DNA of 64,000 nt from Pelagomonas calceolata. Taxonomy: Eukaryota. The first letter of the stretch is position 1. Each line of letters opens with the position of its first letter. Location of the stretch: the NCBI GenBank assembly GCA_918797485.1, contig CAKKNE010000003.1, positions 3,410,001 through 3,474,000 on the forward strand. Direction: 5' to 3'. A model generated the notes under the pieces. The model worked only from the letters and a program-made list of their open reading frames with translations. It did not search any database and had not been told where the DNA came from. A program made the position numbers and the translations under genes. Positions 22,031 to 32,085 of this stretch are shown here, in pieces.

Positions 22031-24868
22031 GTCCAGCTTGTACGCGCTCGCGCGGGCCTTCCTGCCCCCGGCGGCGCCTCGCCCGCCCTGGCGCGGCCCG
22101 GCCGCGGGCGTGGGCTGCGCGCCGCGCTCGCGCTCGCGGCGTGTGCCGCCGCGCGCGCGGGCGGGGCGTGCGTCCGCGCCGCGCCGAACGAGGAGTTCCG
22201 GGCCAGCCCGGGCAACTTCGCGCACTGGCTCCTCGCGGCCGCGTACCCGCGGGCCGCGGCGCGCGGCGCGGCGGCGGCACCGCCGCGCGCCGCACGCGCG
22301 CCGCTCGCGCGCGGGGACTCAGATCGGCTCGCCGCGTGGCGGCCGCACGGCGCCGCGCTGCTCTGGCCCGCGGCCGCGGCGTCCGCGGCGCCCGCGGCGT
22401 CCGCGGCGCCCGCGGGGCCGTGCGCCGGCGCCGGCGCGCGCGTGCGCGCGCCGCACCTCGCGTTTTGCGCGGCCGCGCACTGGCGGGCGCTGCCCGCGTT
22501 CGCGCGCGGGGTGCGCGCGCGCGCGCGCGCGCCCCGCGCGGGGGTCCACGCGCGGCTCCGCGCACCGCGCGTCGTCGTGCTGCTGCGTCGCGGCGGCGCC
22601 GGCGCGCGCGCCTGGGACGTCCGCGGCCTCGGCGCGTCGTGCCGCCGCGGCGCGCTGCGCCGCGCGGCGCGCGCAGGGGGCGGCGCCGTCGACTGCGTCG
22701 CCGCCGACGCGGCGGCGCCGCTCGGCGCCGTCGCGCGTCGCCTCGGCGCGGCGACGGCGGTCGTCGGCGCGCACGGCGCGGCGCTCGCGAACCTGGCCTT
22801 CGCGCCGCGCGGCGCGGCGCTCGTCGAGCTCGACGCCGCCGCGCACGCGGCGCGCGGCCGGCAGCTCTACCAGGCGGCAGCGCGCGCGCTCGGGCTGTAC
22901 GCGGCGCGCGTCTGGCTCGGCGCCGATGGCCGCGCGCGCGCCGCCACGCGCGTCGGCGCCTGCGCGGCGGCGCGGCCCGACGGGTCGCGCGTCGCCGGCG
23001 CGGCGCGCAAGGACCTCGCCGCCGCCGGCGTCGCCGCGTACGACGCGCCGGCGGCGCTCGGCCCCGCAGCGGCGCGCGCGGTCGCGACGGCGGCGGCGGC
23101 GCGCGGCGGTGGCGCGGCGGCGCGGCGGCGCCCCCGGGCGCCGCGGGCGCGGCGGAAGCGCGCCGGCGGCGGCGGGGCCTGGGGCCCCGCCGCGTGGCCG
23201 GCGGCGGCCGCGGCGCGCGGCGCCGCCGTCGGCGAGCCGGCGGCGCGCGGCGGCGGCGGCCCCGCCGCCGCCGAGCGCGCCTGGCTCGCGCGCGCGCTGC
23301 CGGTCGCCGCGGTTCGCGGCGGCGGCGGCGGTGCGCGCGCGCTCCTCGTCGCCCACGCGCCCGCGGCCGCGGACCAGGCCGCACTGCGCGCGCTCGGCCG
23401 CGCGCTGCGCCGCGCGGGCCGGCCCGCGGCCCTCGCGCACCTGAGCGACGAGTCCGCGGCGCGCGACGGCGCCTACGAGGCCTGGCCGCTCGTGCTGCGC
23501 CAGTACGCGGCGCCCGCGCTCGCGGCTCGCTGGGGCCCGCGGCGGCTCGCGTGGCTGCCGCTCGGGCCGGTCGCGCCGCCGCCGCGCGCGGCGGCGGCGG
23601 CGGCGCGGCGCGTGGCGTGGGCCTTCGCCGGTGACGCGCGGCCCGGCCGGCGCGCGGCGCGGCGCGCGGCGCGCGGCGCGCGCCACGCGACGGCGCGGTC
23701 GACGACGGGCCGGCCGTGGCGGCGCGACGTCTGGCGCGCGGCGACGCACGCGCTCCTGCTCGCGGCCGCCGCCGACTGCCCGGCGCCGCGGGGCTTCCGG
23801 CACGCCGAGACGTTCCGGTGGTGGGACGCGGCGGCGGCGGGCTGCGCGCCGCGGCTCGGGGCGCGCGCGGGCGGCGGCTACTTCGCGTGGCTGGCGCGCG
23901 AGCTCGGGGGCGCGGCGGGCGTGCGCACGGCCGGCGCGCTCTCGCGGGGCGGGCCGCGCGCCGCGCGCGCGGTCCGCGAGGTCGCGGCGGGCGTGCGGCG
24001 CGACGCGGCCGCGCGCCTCGCGTACCTGGACGCGGCGCGCGCGCGGCCGGCGGCCGTGTTCGTGGCCGTGCCCCGCACGGGCACGCGCAGCGTGCTGGCG
24101 GCGCTGCGCGCGGCGCCGCGCGCGCGCGCGCGCGAGGGCCGGCCGCTGCCCGCCGCCTGCCGCCTCGACGAGTGGGCGCGGCGCCTGCGGGCGGGCGGCG
24201 CCGTGCGCTTCGGGGGGCGGATCTACCGGGGCCGCGCGGGGTGCTGGCGGCGGCTCGCGCGCGCCTGCGCGGCGGCGCAGGCGGCGGCGGCGCGCGCGGC
24301 CTTCGACTGCGGCGCCGGCGCCGCCGCGGCCGGCGCGCGCGTCTTCTACGACCACGTCCCGTATTTGCCGACGCTCGGCGACCGCGCCGCGCACGTGATC
24401 GTCCTGCGGCGGCCGCTCGCCTGGGCGGCCTCGCACTACTACTTCACGCGGCGCGCGGGCGCCGCGCCGGCGCTCGCGGACGCGCTCGCCGGCGGCGGGG
24501 CCGCGGCGCTCGGCGCGCGCGCGCCGCAGGCCCGGTACGCGTGCGGCGCGGCGCCGGCCTGCGCGGCGCCCTGGGGCCAGGCCGCGCCGGCGCTGCTCGC
24601 GCGCTTCGCCGCGGTCGGCGTGCACGAGGACCTGGCGGCGTCGTTCGCCGCCCTCGAGCGCGCGCTGCCGCGGGTCTTCGGCGGCGCGGGGGCGGCGTTC
24701 CGCGCGCACGTGGGCGCGCGGCGCGCGGCCGCGCAGCCGGCGGACGCGGCGCGGCCGCGCGCGGAGGTCCTGCCCGACGCGGCCGCGCTGGCGCTGCGGC
24801 GCGCGCTCGCCGAGGACGCGGCGCTGTACCGCGCCGCGCGCGCGCGGCTGCGCGGCGGGGGCGACTAG
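22031..24868 (+). CDS. Multidomain glycan-modifying protein: GT61-like + exostosin/GT47-like + sulfotransferase
   Basis: The frame of ORF 22442 stays open upstream to 22031 (NFAHWL motif) with no ATG, so the start is uncertain and may be spliced. VVGAHGAALANLAF is GT61-like, CPAPRGF..ETFRWWDAAAAGCAP is exostosin-like, and FVAVPRTGTRS plus LRRPLAWAASHYYF match sulfotransferase PAPS-binding motifs. Confidence 0.65.
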   Translation, partial: VQLVRARAGLPAPGGASPALARPGRGRGLRAALALAACAAARAGGACVRAAPNEEFRASPGNFAHWLLAAAYPRAAARGAAAAPPRAARAPLARGDSDRLAAWRPHGAALLWPAAAASAAPAASAAPAGPCAGAGARVRAPHLAFCAAAHWRALPAFARGVRARARAPRAGVHARLRAPRVVVLLRRGGAGARAWDVRGLGASCRRGALRRAARAGGGAVDCVAADAAAPLGAVARRLGAATAVVGAHGAALANLAFAPRGAALVELDAAAHAARGRQLYQAAARALGLYAARVWLGADGRARAATRVGACAAARPDGSRVAGAARKDLAAAGVAAYDAPAALGPAAARAVATAAAARGGGAAARRRPRAPRARRKRAGGGGAWGPAAWPAAAAARGAAVGEPAARGGGGPAAAERAWLARALPVAAVRGGGGGARALLVAHAPAAADQAALRALGRALRRAGRPAALAHLSDESAARDGAYEAWPLVLRQYAAPALAARWGPRRLAWLPLGPVAPPPRAAAAAARRVAWAFAGDARPGRRAARRAARGARHATARSTTGRPWRRDVWRAATHALLLAAAADCPAPRGFRHAETFRWWDAAAAGCAPRLGARAGGGYFAWLARELGGAAGVRTAGALSRGGPRAARAVREVAAGVRRDAAARLAYLDAARARPAAVFVAVPRTGTRSVLAALRAAPRARAREGRPLPAACRLDEWARRLRAGGAVRFGGRIYRGRAGCWRRLARACAAAQAAAARAAFDCGAGAAAAGARVFYDHVPYLPTLGDRAAHVIVLRRPLAWAASHYYFTRRAGAAPALADALAGGGAAALGARAPQARYACGAAPACAAPWGQAAPALLARFAAVGVHEDLAASFAALERALPRVFGGAGAAFRAHVGARRAAAQPADAARPRAEVLPDAAALALRRALAEDAALYRAARARLRGGGD

Positions 24869-25151
24869 GCGACGCGTAGCCACGTGACGACCGCTCCTAG
24901 GGAGCGAAGCCGGGGCTTCGCGGGCGACTCGGAGGGGTGGTTTTGAAGAAATCGGGCGTGACGCCCCCCGGGCCCCTTCTGATTACGGGCTGTGTCCGTC
25001 CTGGGGCGATCGTAGACATCTCTGCTACAGAGGCGTCGGCGTCGCCGATGCTTATAATAATTATATATTGTAGCCGAACATTACGATACGAAAGGACCCA
25101 GATTTCTGAAACAGAGCCTCGGGACAAAAACGGGACTTCTCACTTGAGGGT

Positions 25152-25167
25152 GGTTTTTGAAAAAACC
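25152..25167 (-). promoter_or_regulatory. Histone 3' stem-loop belonging to the H2B remnant
   Basis: Minus strand GGTTTT-TTCA-AAAACC flanked by ACCC on both sides, 53 nt downstream of the H2B remnant stop. Confidence 0.75.
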
Positions 25168-25220
25168 GGGTGTGAAATGGGTGAGCCAGAAGCGCCAGCG
25201 CCGCGGGATGCGGCGGACGT

Positions 25221-25268
25221 TTACTTCTTGTTCGTGGCGGCCTCGAACTTGGTCACGGCCTTGGTGCC
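25221..25268 (-). pseudogene. H2B: Histone H2B C-terminal remnant ([15 protein letters not shown])
   Basis: 15 codons matching the H2B alphaC end (EGTKAVTK), preceded by an in-frame TAG and followed by a histone stem-loop. The rest of H2B is absent. Confidence 0.8.
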
Positions 25269-25315
25269 CTACGCCGGGCGCAAACCCCTCGCAGTCTACA
25301 CACTTCACCCAAAAC

Positions 25316-25702
25316 ATGTCTGGCAAAGGAAAGGGCGGCCGCGGCAAGGGCAAGGCCAAGGGCTCCGGCGGCGGCACGTCGACGGCGGCCAAGGCGGGCC
25401 TCCAGTTCCCGTGCGCGCGCCTCACGCGCTACTTGCGCGGCCGCGCGCCGCGCACCTCCATGTCCTCGGGCGTCTACATGGGCGCCGTCCTCGAGTACCT
25501 CTGCGCCGAGGTCCTCGAGCTCGCCGGCAACGCCGCGCGCGACAACAAGAAGACGCGCATCATCCCGCGCCACATCCAGCTCGCCGTCCGCAACGACGAG
25601 GAGCTGAACAAGCTCCTGGGCTCCGTCGCCATCGCCGGCGGCGGCGTCCTGCCGAACATCCACGCGAACCTTCTCCCCAAGAAGTCGCAGTCGAAGAAGT
25701 AG
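25316..25702 (+). CDS. H2A: Histone H2A, divergent variant (128 aa)
   Basis: [79 protein letters not shown]. Confidence 0.95.
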   Translation: MSGKGKGGRGKGKAKGSGGGTSTAAKAGLQFPCARLTRYLRGRAPRTSMSSGVYMGAVLEYLCAEVLELAGNAARDNKKTRIIPRHIQLAVRNDEELNKLLGSVAIAGGGVLPNIHANLLPKKSQSKK

Positions 25703-25740
25703 ATCTCTTCTCAGTCGTTCGCGCACCACTCACTTTACCC

Positions 25741-25756
25741 GGTTTCTCCAGAAACC
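25741..25756 (+). promoter_or_regulatory. Histone 3' stem-loop (H2A)
   Basis: ACCC-GGTTTC-TCCA-GAAACC-ACCC, a 6-bp stem with a 4-nt loop. Confidence 0.8.
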
Positions 25757-26767
25757 ACCCTCACACGAGAAGTCCTGTTTGTTTTCTGGAGCCGCGCTGG
25801 AGCTTAAAATTAATATTTGCGCGAGTAGGCCTAGCTCTCCACTGGACCAGAGTCTCCAGGACCCTGAGCAGGAGGTCAGCGCGCGTCCACAGGCCTCCTC
25901 GTTCTCTACTACACCGTTCTTCTTTAGCTATCCGCTCGCGTAGCTCCCCCTCTCGCTCGCTCGCGCTGAACGCATGAGCGCGCGCATCACTAGTTTACAG
26001 TGCAACCTCGGACGAACCAATCTCCACGTCGACTCGTCGATAGCGCGCCGGTAAGCTCTAGAGGAGTACTCTCGGCGACGACGCGCGCCGAGAACTCGAA
26101 TCGAGTCGCGAGCGTCTCAAGCTCGCGTCTCAACAAAGACGCGCCGGAGCCGCGCGCCCGAGGCCGGGACGCCGGACGGCTAATCTAATAAGCTCCCCGG
26201 GGGACCGACGCAGTGGCCAGCTTCGAAGGCGAGCGCCGGAGTGATACCGACGCAGTGATCGCCAGAAAGCCGCGGCTCGTGGCGCAGCGTCCGTCGCGGC
26301 GTCGCGGCACTCGGAGCCAAGGCATCAAACTCGAACTCCCCATCGTCCCCAGCCCGTTGTGATCGCTCTTTCGCGATCAACTAAGACGCCTAGCCGCACC
26401 CCTAGCGATTCCCTAGCGGGCATGCTGACGGTCGCGGTACCCATGGGCGCTAGGTCATGAGTAAGGAAGGAAGGTAGCGCAGTTCAGGCGGCGATTGCAG
26501 ATATTCCCGCAACGCAGGGAGCTACGCAATTGACCTTCCCAAAGTAACTCAGAGATAGGCGGCTGCCGCCCGGAACTCGTTCACTAGTCTAAATCTACTG
26601 TACTAGTTGAAGAGGAAAGAAACGAGCGCAAGCTTAGCCTAGAACGCGCGCAACCACGACGCCGTCGACGACGCGGCGAGGAAATCTCTATGAAAGGCGA
26701 GTGGGACGCGCGAGCGAGGCGGGAAACAACAGAGCCACGTCGGACGTCTCTTCGTTGGCAAAAGGGT

Positions 26768-26783
26768 GGTTTCTGAAGAAACC
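26768..26783 (-). promoter_or_regulatory. Histone 3' stem-loop (H3)
   Basis: Minus strand ACCC-GGTTTC-TTCA-GAAACC-ACCC. Confidence 0.8.
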
Positions 26784-26836
26784 GGGTAAGTTGTGAGAGG
26801 ACGGAAGACGCCACGGACCGAGAGAGGTCGAGACGC

Positions 26837-27895
<1,059 letters not shown>

Positions 27896-27976
27896 ATCTA
27901 CCCCCGAGCCCGGGCCGCCGCGCCGCCGCTGACCAAGACCAGTGGTGGTTGCCGACGGCCCATCTCATTCACACCC

Positions 27977-27992
27977 GGTTTCTTCTGAAACC
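27977..27992 (+). promoter_or_regulatory. Histone 3' stem-loop (H4)
   Basis: ACCC-GGTTTC-TTCT-GAAACC-ACCC. Confidence 0.8.
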
Positions 27993-28276
27993 ACCCTTTT
28001 TCTACGAAGACTGCTCTACGCCTTGTGCCGCTCTCTCCCCCGTCGCACCGCCTTCCTTCCCTTCTTCTCCCTTTTTCGACACGTGGTAATGAGTCAGGTC
28101 CAGTACTAGCCGTACCCGCGCCCCACGTTGTTGTGTTTTACGGAGCACGAGCACTACCGTCGTCCGTCGTCTGTCACGGGCATCGACACGCCGCAAGCGC
28201 CGCGATCACACAACGCACCGACCTCCGCCGGGCATCGCGGCGACGGCGTAGCACGGCGCACGGCGCCATGCTAGAA

Positions 28277-28600
28277 GTAATAAATAAAATAAATAAATAA
28301 ATTAAGGAAGACCTAAAAAAGAGGAACAAGCTCCTAAGAGCCTTCTCCCTGCTCGGTCAGGATACCCAACCGGAGCTTCGAAATAGCAATAAGATAACGA
28401 TACAACGGATTTTCAATCTCCCGGGGCAACTTATCCCCCATGACCAGCCGACAACGGTACTCATCATTCAATTGCCGTGCGAGGGGGCAAACCGAGTATA
28501 GTCTCGAGAGAAATACCTTGCGTTCTTCCTCAAAGGCCTCGCACTCAAACAACGTGTGTTGGATTGTTTCCGACTCGCGAGATTCACAACAAGGACATTG
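28277..28600 (-). mobile_element. 5'-truncated non-LTR retrotransposon (LINE) 3' fragment
   Basis: AT-richer patch encoding CPCCESRESETIQHTLFEC (CCHC knuckle typical of LINE ORF2 C-termini), with a stop at 28334 and then a (TTTA)n-like tail on the minus strand at 28277-28302. Confidence 0.6.
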
Positions 28601-28962
28601 CGCGTTCGGCACGGGCACGCATCGCGCGGCGATGCTCGCGGCTCCGAATCTTCGGATCGCGGGCGGGGCAGGCACCCTCGGGCACGGCCGCGACATCCTC
28701 GAGGGCAGACCAGTCGATAGACGCACTGCGTCCGGTCTCCTCTTTGTAACGACGCCTGGAGGCACTGACGTGGCGCTTGCGCCGCCTGGAACGCGGGCGC
28801 GGAATTTCCGATTGGCTCTGGCTCATCGTGCGGGTTTCGTCAGGGCTCTGGGCAAAACCGGCCGACAATCCAGACGCGGCCCGGCGACGGGCGTATAGGC
28901 TCCCATGCGTCGCAATACGGCCTTCCAAGGCACTCTGAACAGGCCCGGGCCGACTCCGGCGT

Positions 28963-29289
28963 CCGCGTCCCACGACAACCCAAGAAGCTTCTTCCAAGAC
29001 GCGAAGTTTTTTGACCGGCCAAAACCCATCGGACGTAACGACACGACGCCGAAGGACGTCGCGAACACGGTTCACGTACGCAGTTCCTTCCGGTACGAGG
29101 CTCAGGCCCGGGCCGTGACCACCAATCAATGGGGCCTCTTTCGAGACGCGGGGTCTTTTGACCGGCCAAGACCGATCGAACGCAACGACACGACGCCGAA
29201 GGACGTCGCAAACGCTATTCGCGTACGTAGGTCCCGTGGGGCCGAGACTCTGGCGGCCGCGTCCCACGACAACCCAAGAAGCTTCTTCC
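28963..29289. repeat. Interleaved direct repeats
   Basis: cgcgtcccacgacaacccaagaagcttcttcc occurs at ~28963 and ~29257. ttttgaccggccaa...aacgacacgacgccgaaggacgtcgc occurs at ~29009 and ~29156. Confidence 0.8.
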
Positions 29290-29410
29290 GGGATAAATTC
29301 ATAATATTCTGAAACCACCCTGTTCTGCGAAGGGGCACTTTTACCCCCCCGGCGGCGGCGGCGGCCGCCGCGGGCGCGGAGGAGGGACGGGCGGGGGGCG
29401 CCGTCCGGGG

Positions 29411-30604
29411 TCAGACGGCGTAGTCGTAGGACGCCGTGCGGACCCAGTTGTAGTCGGGGAGCTCGTGCACCGGGCCGCGCGCGGCGAGCGCGTGGTCGCA
29501 GTCGTGGACGTGCGCGTAGAGGAGCTCGCGGACGTCGGCCGCCGCGACGGCGACCACGCCGGCGCCGCCGCGGGGCGCGCCGCGCGCCGCGGCGGCGCGG
29601 CCGAGCGCCGCGGCCGCGGCCGCCGGCCGCGCGCGCGCCGCGGCGCGCGCCGCGGCGAAGGCGCGCTGCGCCGCTTCGATCTCGGCGTCGGAGACGCGGT
29701 GCGCGAGGCGCGCGAGGTTCGCCGTGACGTAGTAGGCCGCGTCTTCGCACCGTACGTCGGGGCACGTCCAGTGGATCGAGAAGAGCGCGTGGCTCTTCGT
29801 GGGGGCGTAGGCGGCGTCGCAGGCGGTCGCGATGCCCTGCTCCGCGAGGTCCCGCTGCAACTTGCCGAGGGCGTGGAGCGGTTCCCTTCTCGTTTGTGGA
29901 GTTGGCGTCTGCGTTCCTAATATGAAGGGTAATAGTGTCGCCGCGTCCTCTCCCTTCTCACCTATCTTCGGGAAGGCGTAGGCCAGGCAGACGCGCGCGA
30001 GGGGCTCGCCGTCGTTCACAATTCTCATATCGCTCCCGGTGAAGACCGCTTCCTGCACGTCCTTCTCCTCGAAGGGGGGCAAGGCGGCGAAGACGTCGTC
30101 GGCACAGCCGACGCCCGCGCCGGCCCAGTTTTCCGTCGTCATGGTCGCTCCCTCTAGGGCCGCGACCTCGGCCGCGGTGCCGAGCACGGGCCGGCCGTGC
30201 GGCGTGTCGAGGTACGCGCACCCATAGACCAGCTCGCGGACGTCCGGCGCCGTCGTCGTGAGTTCGCGTACCTGTTCGTGTTTCGCCGCCTCCATCGTTG
30301 CATCGTCAATCGGTTTTGACACGGTATCTAATAATAGGGAGACGGCTTCTGCTGCTTTTGCTTTGGGACACACCGCTCCGAGCACCGTCGTGTCGCGGTC
30401 GACGTCAAAAAAGGCCGCGCCGCCGAGCGCGGCGAGGCGCGGCCGGACCTTAGCCGCGCGCGCGCGCGCGACGGCCGCGGCGCGGCCGCCCTCGCCGGCG
30501 GGGTCCGCGGCGGCGCCGACGTTGCCCACGAGGGCGACGGCGGCGCAGGGGCCGCGCAGCGGCTGGGTCGCGAAGCGCGCGCCGGCGCGCGCGAGGGCCG
30601 TCAT
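29411..30604 (-). CDS. M16 family mitochondrial processing peptidase beta / bc1 core-1-like protein, apparently non-catalytic
   Basis: AYLDTPHGRPVLGT, FTGSDMR and C-terminal GPVHELPDYNWVR. No HXXEH motif is visible. Confidence 0.75.
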   Translation of the reverse strand: MTALARAGARFATQPLRGPCAAVALVGNVGAAADPAGEGGRAAAVARARAAKVRPRLAALGGAAFFDVDRDTTVLGAVCPKAKAAEAVSLLLDTVSKPIDDATMEAAKHEQVRELTTTAPDVRELVYGCAYLDTPHGRPVLGTAAEVAALEGATMTTENWAGAGVGCADDVFAALPPFEEKDVQEAVFTGSDMRIVNDGEPLARVCLAYAFPKIGEKGEDAATLLPFILGTQTPTPQTRREPLHALGKLQRDLAEQGIATACDAAYAPTKSHALFSIHWTCPDVRCEDAAYYVTANLARLAHRVSDAEIEAAQRAFAAARAAARARPAAAAAALGRAAAARGAPRGGAGVVAVAAADVRELLYAHVHDCDHALAARGPVHELPDYNWVRTASYDYAV

Positions 30605-31302
30605 TTTAATATATGGGGCGCTTGAGCTGTGTCCTATATTTTTCTAGTACGTTGCACCGCTAGGACCCGGTTCCTTTACACGTTCCCGCCGGCCGTTCAG
30701 CTCTACCTGCTCTTGCCTTCGATTGTTGAGAGATTTCACACAACGTGCGGGTTCTATAACGCCGCTCCAGCTCGAGGTGCTCTGCTGCTCCACCGTGACA
30801 CACACACACGCAGAGATTACCATACTGGTCACGGACATTAACAAGGAATCTTGCCAGTACATGAACGGTTGCAGTCTGGATCCCGAGACCATCCGCAGTA
30901 CTCGCCTGGCCCCTCGCAGGTCCAGCCAGAACGTGAAGCGAAAACGGAGGTTCTGATAGCCGGACCGTGATGGCGCCGCAAGCCGCGAGTACCGGCAGTG
31001 CTGGTCGCTGACATTTACGATGGTACCATTCCCTGCGTCGTAAATGTTCCCCGTCACAATCAGTCTGCGTGGTGACAATTTTCTTGAGGCCTCTAGGTCG
31101 CCGACGGGTCTTCGTACGTGTTTTGATACTTCTGCCTGGTACCAATCGGTTCTGGCTCCGCGGGCCTGCAGGGCATGAGTGGTCACGCGAGGGGGTACCA
31201 TTCCTGGCACCAAACTGTGGAACGCGCACGCGTGCGCTTTGGCCTGTGCGTGATTAAGCAGTCGCGTCGCGTAGTCGCTGCTTGGATACGGGCACTGAAC
31301 CT

Positions 31303-32085
31303 ATGCCGCCCGGGTGGGACGCAGGCACATGCGCAGCGGCAGGCGCGGCCTGCGCCGCCGTGGCGCCGCCGCCGCCGGCCGCGGCGCGCGCGCTCGGCGT
31401 CGGCGCCGAGGGCCTCGCGTCGCTCTGGCACCAGCGGCGCGGCGCGGCGGCGCGGGCCCGCGCGGCGGCCGCGCGGCGGCGCGCCCCGGAGCTCGCGGCC
31501 GCGTGGCGCGGCGGCGATTCATTGGCAAGTGTCGCCGCGCGGTTCGACGTCGACGACGACGCGGCCGCGCGCGTGATTCACGACGCCGTCGAGGGCCGGA
31601 AATTAGTGAAGGTGTCGGATGTTCGTGACGCGCGGCTGCGGAACGAAGTGAAGGCGCTCGGATGTTTTGGCGAGGCGGCGCGCGGCGCGGCGGCGCGGCG
31701 CGAGATTGGACTCGAGTACGAGCGGCTTTTACGAAGGGCCCTCGAGCGCTCTGGGGTGCCCTTCGAGGACGAGGACGCGTTGAGGGCGCGGGGCTTCGCG
31801 CGGACGCCGGATGTACTGTTGACCGTGCCGCTCGGCGTTCTCGCGGATGGTGCCACTGTCTGTGTGAATTGGATTGATTCCAAAGCGATGTTTGGCGGTA
31901 GCGAGGTTTATGAAAGGGACCACCGTTCTCAACTGCGGTCGTACGTGAACCGGTTGGGTGCCGGTTGCGTGGTCTATTGGTTCGGCTACGATCGGAGTAT
32001 TTGTCGCGATTCTGACATTTTGGTGCTGGACGGCTGGCCGCCTCCCTACGAGTTGCTCTGGCCCGACGGTACTAATATATCTTAA
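31303..32085 (+). CDS. CDIN1: CDAN1-interacting nuclease 1 (C15orf41, TPD domain) homolog
   Basis: GLEYERLL..L..SGVPFEDEDALRARGFARTPDVLL.VP..VNWIDSKAMFG..QLRSYVNRLGAGCVVYWFGY. Confidence 0.85.
   Translation: MPPGWDAGTCAAAGAACAAVAPPPPAAARALGVGAEGLASLWHQRRGAAARARAAAARRRAPELAAAWRGGDSLASVAARFDVDDDAAARVIHDAVEGRKLVKVSDVRDARLRNEVKALGCFGEAARGAAARREIGLEYERLLRRALERSGVPFEDEDALRARGFARTPDVLLTVPLGVLADGATVCVNWIDSKAMFGGSEVYERDHRSQLRSYVNRLGAGCVVYWFGYDRSICRDSDILVLDGWPPPYELLWPDGTNIS

Noticed and set aside
21702..24883. Long overlapping Arg/Ala/Pro-rich ORFs on both strands (also at 38093-39532, 45253-46662, 48782-49996 and 54981-56420)
   Set aside because: These are shadow ORFs caused by stop-codon scarcity in extreme GC; only one frame per locus has recognisable motifs.
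28963..29289. CRISPR-like array
   Set aside because: Only two copies of each repeat, no regular repeat-spacer structure, no cas genes, and a eukaryotic context.
30644..31229. Two overlapping 189-aa minus ORFs in a lower-GC patch
   Set aside because: No recognisable motif, so I cannot tell which frame, if any, is coding.
31303..32085. Functional clustering of CDIN1 (linked to histone supply) with the histone genes, and its 4-bp stop overlap with the TrhO-like gene
   Set aside because: Proximity and tail-to-tail overlap are expected in such a compact genome, and there is no evidence of co-regulation.
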